From Callorhinchus milii (taxonomy: Eukaryota), in NCBI RefSeq assembly GCF_018977255.1, contig NW_024704743.1, positions 83,082,001 to 83,146,000 on the forward strand: a stretch of 64,000 nucleotides of DNA. The letters are read 5' to 3'. Below, in pieces: positions 25,142 through 38,568 of the stretch (the stretch's first letter is position 1; every line of letters starts with the position of its first letter). The translations under genes and the position numbers were made by a program. Under the pieces are notes generated by a model. It ran no database searches. It had not been told where the DNA came from and saw only the letters and a list, made by a program, of their open reading frames with translations.

Positions 25142-27544
25142 CTTTCCTGTTGGTCCTTAATTAATACCTTACATAACTATACATCAGAAAGTTAAATATA
25201 GTATTCTGAAAACTCAATCACGAGTTTGATAAAGCTTCCTTATACATGTATTGTTGAGCTATGCAATCCTGTCCAGAAACTGCATGTGGACCACTCTTGT
25301 AGCTGCGTGGTGGCAGCCCTTAGTGACATCTACATCTATGGACATAGTTATGCATTGGTGACTAGAGACATCCTGCTGTGTGCACCTCCTTTGATCAGCA
25401 ACTTCCTGTGGCAAGCATTTCCTCGAAAGTTGCAACACTAAATTCTTGTCTACGGTTACATCCCTGCGTTTGAAGTTGAACCCAGATCTATCATACCCCT
25501 ACAGGCATAAAATAAAAACTGTTCCCGAAGAGAAGGGGCCTTTTATCTCACCTACAGTTGTAGTCAGGGTTTAGTTCCGCTCAATAATCTGAGCACGTTT
25601 GTGGGGGCTAAAAAATGTCTCCAATATCATGGCTGTCGAACTAACACAATTCAGATTCATAAATCACCATTGTTATGCTTCTTTTTTGTAAAAATTTTGA
25701 GCTGTTCACTTTGACTAGTCCAGGAATCAGAGCTCAAAGCTGAGCTCTCACATTGTGTGCAATATATCTCAGAGTCACTCATTAATAACAAAATGATCTG
25801 AAGTGATCCCATATTATAGAACACTGGTTACCAAATTAAAGAAATAGTGGGAGGTGTTAACTGCTCTACAGCAGTGAGAGTTTGTGATGAACGTCTCATC
25901 TCTCCTCCTTCAAACTGCCTAGTCTGAGTCTTCTCTGTATTTGACAGCTACTGCAAGACCAAACTGACAGGTCCTCAAAACCTTCTGAAGAAACCCAGCA
26001 TTAATTAAGTCATTGCTGGACTGTAATTTCCTTGAGAAGTAAAAAATTCTAACACAAGAAAAGGTTACAGAGACCTTTTCTGTGTCAAAATTACCATGCT
26101 GCATGAATATTAATGCTCTTAATGAAGACAACCTTTGCTTCATCAAGAATGTTCTGGTGCAGGTGCCAAGCTGAAGCCTCACTCTATGGATTTTTATTCT
26201 ATAAAAGTCGGCACAAAGCAATTTTTCCATTAAAATCAACATTCCCCATATGATTTAAAATTTTGCACGAATAATGAAACATTTGTTTTGAAATTTAACA
26301 TTTAAAGAGCCTATTCTGACTTTAAGGCATTGGACATTAGTGGGACAAAAGTATATGTTGGTCCTCATGCCACACACACACAGTGGATTTTTTAATATAT
26401 TTAAAAACACAGAATACCAAAATAATTATAGCAACATTAGAATTTCAATAAATATTGCTATCTATTTCTGTGCTCGGTTTGAAAAGGATCATTACCACAC
26501 TATGCAGCGTGTTTCACATATAGACTGAGTATTTAGGTCACAAAGAAGCATTATCATTTAGATTGTCTACAGCAATCTGAGTTCTTTGATTCCATGCATT
26601 AATCTGTACTCAACCCTGTGCCCCTCCTTCTTGTGTATAATATTTTAAAATATGGTTGTTTTTGATCTTAAAAAATGCTCAATCACTGAATTCAATGTTT
26701 CAAAAATCAGTCTTTTATCTTAGAAATATTAGCAAAATATAATTCTTTGTGTTTTTTAAAGAAAATTATGTAGATGTCTACAAAAAATGTTCGCGTGTTT
26801 AGGCGACTTATAATAATTATAGTAATAATCCTTGATATAGTGATTCATCATGCTGTTGAGACGTTTCAAGGCGCTTCGCAAAATACATTGTAAAGTGGAT
26901 TGACTGTTTAATTTTAATTAATTTAATTGATTGATTGATTTACATAATTGTGTCAAACAAGTGGAAAAGATGCCAAGAAGTGATTCAGATTTTTTTTAAC
27001 GAGAATCTGCTTTACTTTCAATGCCTTTTCGCTCACACCATGTTTGTGTATTCTCCTATATTTTTAAATGCAGGTCATTTCAGTCAACATGCTTCAAACA
27101 TATCCCAGACAAGAGAGGGCAAGAGGGGCAGAGCTTTGTTTTACAAAGCCTGATGTAGAGTCCAGCATTTGCTTCAAGCAATAGATGAGTTTCCAAAGCA
27201 ACATGCATGGATCTTCGTGTAATAATGATTTATTTTCATATTTCCATGTTTCCAAACAGAAGTTTTTCAATTAATTTGTTTGATTTGTGGATATTTGATT
27301 TGCATTTCACCATCTGACCCTTTATTTATTTTTCCACAAGCTAGTGTGCAAGCTTGTTTCAATCAAGGACAGATTATTTTATGCCAACCGAATGGACTTT
27401 AAACTCTTTCTTATTGGATTTATTTTCTCTACAGCACAGCTCGGACATATGAATAACTAGTGCAAATGAAATGTCCTAATAAACTTGGCACCACATCAAG
27501 TGAAAGCACTTCAGAAAATCTGTCATAATTCTAACAATAATTCT

Positions 27545-27890
27545 TAATAGTCCTTACATTTTGTTTAGCACCTTTCATGTTGGGAGGACATCCCAAAGTG
27601 TTTCACAGGATGTACTGAAACATGCAGTGACTGTGTGTTTTATGGGAGAACAAATCAGTCAATTTTGCTCACAGCCATGTCCCACAAAAAGCCATGAAGT
27701 GACTGACCAATTTTTATTTGGAGGTTTGTTGGCCAGGACACAAACCCCCTTCTTTTTTCAAATAGTGCCATAGGACTTTGTTCTCCCACAAAACACAGAT
27801 CCACCTGAACAGGCTTGGCTTAACATTTCATCCAAACGACAGCACCTCCAACAATACAGAACACCCCCAACATCGCATTGGTCATCTTAG
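27545..27890 (-). mobile_element. Family B SINE
   Basis: ttggccaggacac...aatagtgccataggac...ccacctgaacaggc. Confidence 0.72.
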
Positions 27891-28044
27891 ACTATACTGT
27901 ACTATACTTTGAGTCCTTCTATACTGATAGATTATTGTTATATATGTTACATTTTATTCTTCAATCCCAGACTTTTCCTTACTTTCTTGTCACTCCCATT
28001 TGTATTTTCCTTTCACTTCCTTTCTATCATGCCCTTATTATTAT

Positions 28045-28409
28045 GGAGTCCTGTAGTTTAGTGGTTAGAGTACTCGCCTCACAAGCGAGAGGACCTGGGT
28101 TCGATTCCCGGCAGGGCGAAACGTTGAGCAAGTTTCCTTACTCCACACGCCTCTGTTTACCTAGCAGTAAATAGGAACCTGGTTACCAGTTGATTGGCTG
28201 ATCGCTTTTCCAGGGGTAATAATCCCTCCAAAAAAAAAAATTGGTCACACAATCTACAACTGTTTGTGGGATACTGCTGTGAGTAATTGGCTGCTGCGTT
28301 TCGCCCTCAAAATATACAATTCACTTTGCAGTCTATTCTGTCAAGCATTTTGAAACATCCCAAAGACATGATAAGGCACTATATCAAATGCAAGGATTAT
28401 TATTATTAT
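28045..28409 (+). mobile_element. Full-length family A SINE
   Basis: ggagtcctgtagtttagtggttagag...ggttcgattcccggcagggcgaaac head; body; (tta)n tail. Confidence 0.92.
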
Positions 28410-28584
28410 CAGATAGGCTAGATATTCCCGACCAACACTGCTGTTGCTGCTCCTTGGCTTAAAGTACACTTACCTTGTCTAATTGGTGTGCAAAGGAACT
28501 TCGCCTGCAACTGAGTCAGGTAGTTTGATAATAGTCTTGTTTCTTTGTTAGAAGGTTTAAACTCTGCGTCATTGCTTGTAACTC

Positions 28585-28935
28585 ACAGGCTACCCTGACA
28601 CTCCAGTGCAGGGCTGGGGAAGCAATGAAGGTGCCATTCTTCAGATGAGACATTAAACCAAAGTCCCGTTTGCCTGTTCAGGTGGACGTTAAAGATTCCA
28701 TGGCACTGTTCAAAAAGAGAAAGGAGTTTCTCTCAATGTCCTGGCCAACAATCCCCCAAATAATGTTGATCATTCACTTCATGGTTGGTTTTGGGACATT
28801 GCTGTGTACAAGTTGACTGCCAATTCACCTACAAAGTATATAGTCACTGCACTTTATGGTATATCCTGTCAAGCGCTTTGCGATGTCCTCCTGATATAAG
28901 GCGCTATATCAACCGTAAGGATTGTTATTGTTATT
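28585..28935 (+). mobile_element. Family B SINE
   Basis: ctgacactccagtgcagggctggg...ggtggacgttaaagattccatggcactg...aaggcgctatatcaa. Confidence 0.8.
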
Positions 28936-31380
28936 ATAAGTGACCCACCAGCTTTCTTTCTTATCCACGTTGCCCCTATTTTTACATGCCTCCATACTAG
29001 GCACTCAGCTCTGGCAAACATCCAACTCCTCAGGACTGTAAATGCTGTTCTTAAACCATTCGCTTTGAAATGCATGAGACCAATGTTGGTTGCCATGCCT
29101 CCTCCTTTGTGGAGAATTATTTGCCTTCACTCAATGGCTCCACCAGGCAGCCCAGCCGAGATTGGGAAGGTATTATACAAGGAACTACATCTGTGTGAGC
29201 CTATGTCCAATGGCAGCATTCACTGACACACCAATGTGATGTTTCCCTGATTGACCACAATTTAAAATGCTGAAACGTACACGTTTGTTTCAGTAGGGCC
29301 ACAGACAGTAATGTTGAACTGGGCGAAACTTGGCATCCGCAGAAACAGATTTAGTGTTTACAGTGACATTTCAATGTACATGTCCTATTTTTGAAACCTT
29401 CCCTGTCAACACTTTTCACAGAGTGAGTGTTTTCTCACTTTCTCCTGCTTGAAATTCATATCTGTAACACGTTTCCTTCCATTGGCATATGAGCAGAGAA
29501 ATGAGCAGCACTCATTTCACAAAGGAACTGTTGCACATAATCATTTTTTACCAAGGTTCACGAGCGTGGTAACTGAACATTTATAAAATGAACTCTGGCA
29601 ACGCAAAACAGACATAGAGAATTCATTCTGAAATGCTGCCTGTTCCATAAACCCACTTTTCAAATTGAATAAAATCAACTCTTAAATTTTCACCATGTTA
29701 ACATAGCAGCTAGGGCTTCTCCAGCTCATAAGTTGTAAAAAATATCCTGAAGATGTTTACATGTGCTTTGACAGATCTAATTTTGATGGGATGCATTGTA
29801 ATACTGTAAGTAGCAGAGCAAAGGAAAATCTCCAGCACCATGTGAAGTGTAAAACATAAACTGAGTAGCTAAAACTACATCTCACAGTGTGAGAACTGCA
29901 ATTGTACAATTATTCCAGTGCCCAACAAAAGTGCAAGGCTAGTACAGGGCAACCATGAGTATTAACTGTGCATCATGAAGGTCCAAGAGAGGAGGTGAGG
30001 TCCCCAGTTGCTTTCATCTTAAAAAAAAGTCAGAAATACTCATTAAAATAATGAGCATCTCAAAAAAAAACACAGCACAGATCACAGGCGATTCATATTT
30101 TGCTATTAATATCAACACTAATAATAGATATTCTTACTGCTACATCGGTTTGTTTTTATTCCTGAGAAAAAGGATTTATTTCACAGTGTGATATGGAATT
30201 GCAAGGCACTGAACCTGACTACGTGTGCCTTGTGCTGAACGAATCAGTACGTGTACTAATATGGCCTTTTCCTGGGTTAAGATTCTATGAAAAATATCAA
30301 AGCTGTTTGCAAAACACGTATCAGCAATTTGGCCAACAATCGCGCAAATAAAATTAATCATTCACTTCACAGCTATTTGTGGGTCATTGCTGTGTGCAAA
30401 TTGGCTGCTACATTTGACTGCAAAAGGCACAGTCATTACACTTTACTGTAAATCCCACAAAGCGCTATGAGACATCCTCCCAATGTGAAAGATGCAACAG
30501 TAAACTCCGGATAACGTGTCACTCCAAGAGAAAAGAGCTCAGCGATAAATTATCCAGAATGGCATAGGGCCTCCCTAGCCAGAAGGAGGTGCTGTGACAG
30601 GGGTGGGTGCTCGAGGAAGATTGGTCAAGCATGCTCAGATGCATCATAGAGGCCTCTGGTCTGTTGGAGGGCCACGCCGTGGGGGCGGGGGGTAAGATGT
30701 GTCAAAGCGTTTTACTTCCTGTAAAGTAACTGTGCATTCCATCGGTGAATTTGGCAGCTAAGTTGTGCAAAGCAATGTCCCACAAACAGTACACACACAG
30801 GTGTGGACTGCAGCTTTCATGCTTTCTCAGGTGTGTGTTCATAACTGAGACATTTCACTGGGCCATTCTCCTCTGTGAAGGGTGAGAGCTCTATTTGCTA
30901 AGGCTCACAATGCTACTGTAATCTTTTGTTCTGACTTGTTGTACCTAATGCTACTTGTTGCCAGACAGCTGAATGTGACTGCACAAAACTAACATTTCTT
31001 GACTGTGTCACCCTGTGAGTGCGGTAAACAGGGTACATTGTTTGGAAATTGTTGCATTTGTCAGTGCCTGAGGTAATACTTTGTTGGCTTTTAATCCCTG
31101 GTATATGATCTGCGTACTGGAGGTCTAATTTATAATAATCCTTGCTTTTGATATAATAATAATAATAATCCTTGCATTTGATATAGCGCTTTTCACGTCT
31201 TCTGGACATCTCAAATTACTTCACAGAATATACTGTAAAGGGAATTGACTGTCTATTTGTGGGCAACAACTATAAAGTCAAAATGTTCCAAAGTGCTTTA
31301 CAGGTAATTCCTGTCAAGTGTAATCATCGTCTTTCCTAGGCAGACATGGCACCCAACTTATACTCAAACAGGTATGAGTT

Positions 31381-31655
31381 GAATCATAGAATCATAGAAT
31401 TATACAGCACAGAAGGAGGCCATTCAGCCCATCGTGTCTTTGAAAAGAGCTATCCAAATCAATCCCACTCCCCCTCTCTCTCCCCATAGCCCCACAAACT
31501 TGTCCTGCTCAAATAATTATCTACTTCTCTCTTAAAAGTTGTTATCGAATCGGCTTCCACCACCCTTTCAGGCAATGCATTCCAGATCCGAACAACTCAC
31601 TGTGTGAAAAAAATTCTCCTCACCTCCCCTCTGTTTCTTTTAACAACTATTTAAT
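31381..31655 (-). mobile_element. CR1 LINE 3' end, flanked by SINE fragments (~31132-31270 family A, -; ~31655-31900 family B, -)
   Basis: (gaatcata)n tail and acagcacagaaggaggccattcagccc hairpin region. Confidence 0.85.
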
Positions 31656-32490
31656 GACCAATTTATCTAGAGAATTATTGGTTAGTCAGAGGTAGAAACT
31701 CCCTTCTCTTTTTGAATAATGTCATGGGATTTTTATGTCCACCCGAACAATCAGACAGAACTTCAACTTAACATCTCAACTGAAGAAAGGAACATCCGAC
31801 AATGCGGTGCTCTCTCAGTGTAGCACTAGACAGTGACAATCTTCTGAACCAGAGGACAACCTTCTGAACCAGAGGCAAGAATGCTATCAACTTAGCTAAG
31901 AATATGCTATATCTTCATGGGATTCCTTAATAATGAATCCCCTATTAAAACAGGGATTCCTTCGATGCCACATTGATGAAGAAAAACTTTGTCCTGATAT
32001 TTTCTTCTGGAGTGGAGTTCCTGTGGGTCAACAGAAACTGTGTTAAGAAATCCCGCATATTGGAATCCTATTACTAACTGGTGTAAAATAGACCATTCCA
32101 TAAATTGCACCCATTTAGTAGAGAACCATTCAGCTCAAATTGGGATTCAGCTGGTGCCCATTAATATTGATCACAGTGATCACACATGTTGCCATTGACT
32201 GGTGTAAGCAGCATTGGTGACATTTGAAGCTTCCTGCTTGGTTGGTTGTGTAATGGGTTTCATTCAGTTACCTCTGTACAGGTATTTAGATCACTGGCTA
32301 AACATGCTGGATCCAGTGAAAGCAATCACATCATCCAAGCAAATGTTAAACTGTGCCAAGTCGTAACTGTGGATCTTTGTTTAAAATAAATATTCCAAAA
32401 ATGATACAAGGAACATGGGGGCAAGGTAGGGGGGATGCAATGATCCACTGTGATGTGTTTGTGCTGTGTTAATTAGTACATTATTGGGGG

Positions 32491-32712
32491 CCCTGAAATT
32501 CCACCTAGTCTTAGCTTCTAAGACCATTTTGTATCAAGGTTTTCTGATCACCCAGAATTGGGGCAAATTCTTAGTCTTAATTTGGAAACTGATTATTTTT
32601 ACCAACTGTAGACAACTGGCTTCGGAATTAAATTAAGAATTCTCCACATTACTGCATGAATTTAAATTGTAAAATAAAATCTTACAGCCCAAGTTTATGT
32701 GGAATTTCAGGG
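32491..32712. mobile_element. Palindromic MITE-like element (family P1), best copy
   Basis: Perfect 14-bp terminal inverted repeat CCCTGAAATTCCAC / GTGGAATTTCAGGG, with imperfect inner arms pairing almost to the centre. Confidence 0.8.
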
Positions 32713-33281
32713 TAATCGGTTGATCTGTGGATGTGACCCACCGCCACCCATTGGTTACAATGGTTGAGCCTGAAGGCAGCCCATGATGGACATTGTCTGT
32801 GCTGGCGTGCAGTCCATTGAAGCCCAGGTTAATGTGATACTGGCTTTATTGCTTTGACGAGTTATGTTGGTTTCTTACTAGCCGGGACTGCAATACGTGG
32901 ACTAGTAAGTCCAATGCATTGAACCATGAGCAGGCTATGGACTGATTATTGTGATGGAATCCGGGGCGGAGGAGGATGGGGGGGTTAGTGGATTTTTCTT
33001 TATTACTGAAGAGGCAGAATTTTCAACAATGTGAATTGTTAACATCGACAGTCAAAGTTTTTAACCCACGGTGCTTTATTGGTAAGTGATCCACAAGAGA
33101 GGTTCGGATGAATAAGGGACCTTTGGCCATTTGATCTCATCCTTCCAGACTGCTTTAACAAATAATTATTCAGCTGCTGGAGGCTTGATATCAGTAAGTC
33201 TGAAGACAGGTCTCTGAAGCACACTCATGGTGGGTAGGGGAAAGGGGTGGAAGAAATAAAGAATAATGTCAGAGAAGAAAA

Positions 33282-33720
33282 TAAATTCAAGATTCTTGTC
33301 CTCAGATTTAATTCTCTCCACAGCCTCGCCCCACCTTACCTCTGCAACCCTACTGCCCTGGCTGCTCCCTTCGCTCAGCAAATAGTGGCCTGCCTCATGT
33401 CCTCCACACAATCTGCCTACCATCTGTGGTTGAGCTTTCAGCCATTCTGCCGTAATCTTTGGAACTCCATTCCATAGTTCCTCTGCCTCATCCCTTCCTT
33501 CCACACTTTTAAAGCCTGCTTAAAAACCTATCTATTCGACTGCGCTTCTAGTCATCTTTCTCCCCCTCCTACCACCTCTCCCTGCTCAGCTTTCCTCTTT
33601 CACCCCGCCCCCCCCCCCACCACAACCACATCTCAAGCTCATATACCAAGTCACCTGTGTGAAGCGCTTTGAGACATCCTCCCAACGTGAAAGGCATTGT
33701 ACAAATGTAGATTGTACAAT
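33282..33720 (+). mobile_element. L2 LINE 3' fragment
   Basis: FKILVLRFNSLHSLAPPYLCN...LWNSIP; L2 tail. Confidence 0.85.
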
Positions 33721-36307
33721 GCAAAATAAATGAAAAGCTTTGCATCTGAAATGACTCCAAAATTTCACAGTCAACCGTAATGTGACGTTTGTCATTCTTA
33801 ACACAGACACAAGTTCCCAAGGAAAAAGAATGTCACAACTTCACAATACTCTGATGTAGCGAGTGAGTTATTCAAGGATTTTCTTCTCTCAAAACATAGA
33901 GTAACGGATGGATTCCAAAGATTTAAGCGAGACTTGTTTATTTAGGGCTGGCGTATGCACAAGTCACGCAGCCTTAAGTGCTAATCAAAGAGAGGCAAAC
34001 AAATCCTTGTTAAATCATCCATTATGTGAAATAATATTTGCACATCATGATACACAAAGTATAATTTTTTGTTATGGTTGCCTGTGGATGCATCCTGTTG
34101 AGATGCCACCTAATAAACAATTTAAAAAATATAAATACTTTTTTTTAACTGGACTGATGTAGGTGTTAAAATTACACGACTCTAAATTAATGTTTACCAA
34201 CATTTTGTTCAACGATAAAAAAAATGTGGTTGGTCTCGGATATTTAAAGCATTTCAAAACCTTTTGTGAAGATTGTGGTTGTCTCTTCCCAAGGCAAAAT
34301 TCCCTCTGAGCCATTCAGTCCTAGACACTAGACCCTAGCCAAATGGGTGAATTGCTCCCAGTCTTTTAAAGGGACCTTGTGTTCACAATAAAGTCTCTGG
34401 CAAACATTTTTTTTCTAATTTGTTTGAGCTGGTGAGTCTCCGGAAGGATTTATATCATTGCATCATGTGTTGGCAAGCAACTAAACAAAAGGGATGCCAA
34501 GTAGTTTTCCTGAAGGCGGCGTCTTTAAATAGCGCTGTCATTTCTGATTCCACAGTGTGGAGTACCAATTCGAATTACATAGGTACTTGGATACATAAAT
34601 ATAGAGAGAATTAAAAGCAATTGCCTCAAATTCATTTCAGCAAACCATTCATGTCACCATGTCAGTGAGTAACGTACAAATTAGCTGGCTTATTGATCGA
34701 TTTAGCAGAGTTCAGTCTATTAATTTACTTTTCACATTTTTCACAATTCACCTGTTTGATGTTTAACACAAGTGGGGACGGCGAGTCATCCCAAAGATCC
34801 CCAAACTGAAGTGGGCAGCATCAGACTCCCCAGGCAGTGGTTTCAAAGCCAAAGAGCATTTTCTCGTGAGTTGTTGAATGCCTTCCAATAGCAACCAACA
34901 GGTTAACAACAACAAAGATCCAACAGTGATTGCAAAGCAGTCAAAGCTGAGGTTAAGTCTAGAAGGTCTAAGGAGGAAAAAGAAACTGTACTACAGCAGT
35001 GTCCTATCATATTCAGATGAGGTGCACTTACCGTATTCTTCGATCTTACCACTGTATCATCCACAATCTATACATTGTCACTTGAAGGAAGTATAATGCA
35101 GCTCATTGATAATGAAGAGACAGAAGAGACACACGTGGCCTTTTGACCTGCAACATCCTGTATCACAGCTTCGAATGCCAACTTTCGGTGCTTCATGAAG
35201 CTATGGAATGAAGGCCATGCACAGCTCTGCAAAGGTTTGGCCATGAATACAGCTCTCTTCAGCACACAAAGTTGCAGAGCCTCCAGCTGAGCAAGCCATG
35301 ATGTGTGCAGGGACCTGCTGAATCTGAGAAGTGTAAGCGCATGCTGTATGCAGGGATGAGGCAGTCTGAAAGTAGGCACCTTGGAAGCCAGCAGTGCAAT
35401 TCCCTCGACTTCCTGATAGAAATGCAGTGAGAAATGTTGACATCCGATATCCTGTTTGTGCTGCCATATTTGTGCCCAGGGTGACTCCAATGTGGATTTC
35501 ACTTCTACAGGAATGTGTGAATGTGGTCAATATGTATTATTATTATTATGTAAACTCTGCTCTGATACCCGTGAGAAACCATCACCTCCTCGACTGGGTT
35601 TTATGCCAGTGAAAACATAGAGATACAGCAGGCTGCAAGCTTATATGTCTAGCACAGCCTCTCTCTTAAGGAATACTGTTTGTAAAAAGAAAAGCAATTG
35701 TTATAGATCTGAGTTTCCTAAATTTAAAACAGAATATCGTTGAAAGTTGCAAGGAAATTAAAAATTGCAGTTAACTAACGTGAATGACATTAAGAATCAT
35801 ATCCAAGTCAAACTGCTCAAATCCCACTGGAATGTGATGGATATCATGAATAAGCAATTGTTTGAGTTCCAAATTTAAGATATTGTTGATTTGAAAGTGT
35901 CTGTGAATGCCTTAGCCTAGGGATAGAGCTAGCAGAATATGTGACCAGGATTAGGTGTTTGTTGACAACTAAACTGGAAAGATACATGAGCAATAAAGAT
36001 ACATGAGCAATAAACTGTCCTCTTGTGCCTTTGAGATCATTGAGAATGCATTGCACCGAGAGTGTATAATGCAGCTGGTGCAATCCTTTTTAATTTTGAA
36101 ACCTGTTGTTTGTTAACAACTAGAGAAAACCATCTTAAAAATTAAAAATGGACTTTAAGGAATACTTAGTACCCATGAAGTATTTCTAATGCTTAGAAAA
36201 AGTTTTAGCCTAAACTGGATGGAATTTGTACTGGTTTGTACAATTCAGTTTCACCCTGACTTTGCCAATGGCAATGTTTGCAGCTATTTTCCTGTGTGAA
36301 ACTATTT

Positions 36308-36682
36308 GAGACCTGGGTTCAATTCCCGGCAGAGCAAAATGTTGGGCAAGTTTCCTTACAACAACAACAAAATTACATTTATAGAGCGCCTTTCACATAA
36401 GTAAACGCCTCCCTTACTCCACACACCTTTGTTAGCAAATAGGAACCCAGTCGATTAGCAGATCGCTTTCCCGGCGGTAATAATTCCTTCAACAACAAAA
36501 AAATTGGTCCCTTCAATCCATGACTCCTTCTAGGACACTGCTGTGTGCAATTGGCTGCCATTTTTCGCCCACAAAATATATCATCAATTCACTTTACAGT
36601 ATATTCTGTGAAGCGCTTTGAGACGTCACGAAGATGTGATAAGGCGCTATATCAAATGCAAGGATTATTATTATTATTATTT
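36308..36682 (+). mobile_element. 5'-truncated family A SINE carrying a 52-bp antisense L2 tail insert (36360-36411)
   Basis: The insert is flanked by a CCTTAC duplication (36354-36359 and 36412-36417). Confidence 0.85.
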
Positions 36683-36749
36683 AGCGTATGATTGGATTTC
36701 CCTCCTCATATTCTGACCTATCACATTTGATGATTTATGCTTTGAGACT

Positions 36750-38010
36750 GTTGAACAAGAGGACACGGGTTTAGGTTTGCAAAGTGCAATTCAGGACAGT
36801 CACTAGAAAATATTTATTTACCCAGATGGTAATTATTGACTGAAACCCGTTATCAGGATGGGTGGTTTAGGCCAGCATGTTGGACTTGTTTAAACAGCTT
36901 AATGCTGCATTAAGACAACAGTAGGGTGGGTATCTGGAAGGATGTAATCAAATGGGCTGAAGGGCCTTTGTTACCCAACTAAGTTTGTGAGCTTATGAAG
37001 AGGCCATGCATGAAAAACTTCAGACAAGCGAGTTTTGGAGACATCCAGTAATAGTTTAAAAATTGCAGATATTCTGTTGCTGCAATACATGCATCAGAGA
37101 TTGAGCAAGCATGTAATGTTGGGTTTGTCTCGGACAATGGAAAGCCTGGCTCAGTTGGAAACACTCTTGCCTGTGAATCAAAAAATTACAGTTCAACCCC
37201 CATGCAGGACTTTGAACTCCAATTCAGTGCTGGGGGATGTTAAATCAAGATCCTGTCAACCTGTTCAGTTGGACACTAACAATTTGAAAAGAGAAATGAG
37301 TTTCTCCCAGTGTCCTGGCCAACAATCCCCCAGATAAAATTGATGATTCACTTCATGGCTGTTTGTGGGACATTGCTGTATGCAGATTGACTGCTGCATT
37401 CGCCTATATAGTCACTACACTTCACAGTAAAATTCTGTGAAATGTTTTGGGGCATCTCGATGAGGTGTGTTGTCAAAGGATCACAATTATTAAAGGCTGC
37501 AAATAGAGTATTGCAATTGTGGATACCTGATTATAGAAAGGACACTGGAGCCATGGAGAGGGTAACATGAAGATTCAATAAGATGAGACCAGGAATAAGA
37601 GGTTCATTCTACCTGGAGAAATGTAACAACTTTGATGGAGCAGAGAATGCTGAGCAAGGTAGGAGTTTCCAAAATTATGAATAACTTTGATAGCCTTGGG
37701 ACATCTTCCCGATGTGAACAATGCTTTACAAATGTAATTTGTTATTGTTGTTAATAGGAAAAATAGAGAAAATTATCGTTGAGTACAAATTAAGAATTTA
37801 TCATTAAAAGAAAAATGTAGAGATTGCAGGTTGTTTTTCAAATTGTTTCCCCGCAAATTTGGTTGAATGGTTTTGCTTGACTTTATAAGTATTTTGCCCC
37901 CAAACATACAGTCAATTCACTCTACAGTATATGCTGTGAAGCGCTTTGAGACATCTGGAAGACGTGAAAGACGCTATATCAAATACAAGGATTATTATTT
38001 ATTATTTATT
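36750..38010 (+). mobile_element. Mosaic of fragments: CR1 (~36750-37000), family B SINE (~37140-37470), CR1 (~37520-37690), family A tail (~37890-38010)
   Basis: acaagaggacac...ttcaggacag (CR1); ctggctcagttgg...gtcctggccaacaatcccc (SINE); ggagagggt..agattc (CR1). Confidence 0.7.
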
Positions 38011-38327
38011 ACCATTGTTGCTTTTTGACAATTGAGTACAGCTTCAGGAGATACCAGCTTAAATCCACAGATACCTCTTGTACTTTGGTCAAACACCAAC
38101 TCCTGGATACAAACAAGAATTGCAGTCCCCTGAAGTTCCAGGGTTATGAATCTGTTCTGAAACATTGCATTTTCACACCTAGGTTCTATGAGATGCTAAC
38201 AATATGCTGTATTATGTTGAATACATGTGCTTTGCAGAGCAACAACAAGATTCACAGTGACAGTGTTGTCCCCTGAGTGAGGTTCTGAATAACCATGAAC
38301 AATTCACATTCAGGTTTGTTTGCACAT

Positions 38328-38568
38328 CAGAAATTCCGTTCCACCTAGTCTTAGCCTGTAGGACCATATTGGCTTAAAATTTTAAATTGTGCAGAATTGT
38401 AGAAAATTCTTAAATTCATTCTAAATTTGGAAGTTGCTTCTTTTTAAGAATTGCAGAAAAACGGCTTCCAAATTAAGACTGAATTGAAGCATTTGCCACA
38501 ATTTTGTAAAATCTTAAAATTTTAAGACAACTTGGTTGTGTACATGCTAAGAGTAGGTGGATTTTGGA
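38328..38568. mobile_element. Palindromic MITE-like element (family P1)
   Basis: ttccacctagtcttagc ... gctaagagtaggtgga inverted ends; homologous to 32491-32712. Confidence 0.78.

Noticed and set aside
28045..28120. Possible tRNA genes at SINE heads (also 55865, 59732, 60753)
   Set aside because: Each runs directly into the common SINE body and tail, anticodons vary (CGC/CAC) and the first acceptor pair is mismatched. They are not bona fide tRNA genes.
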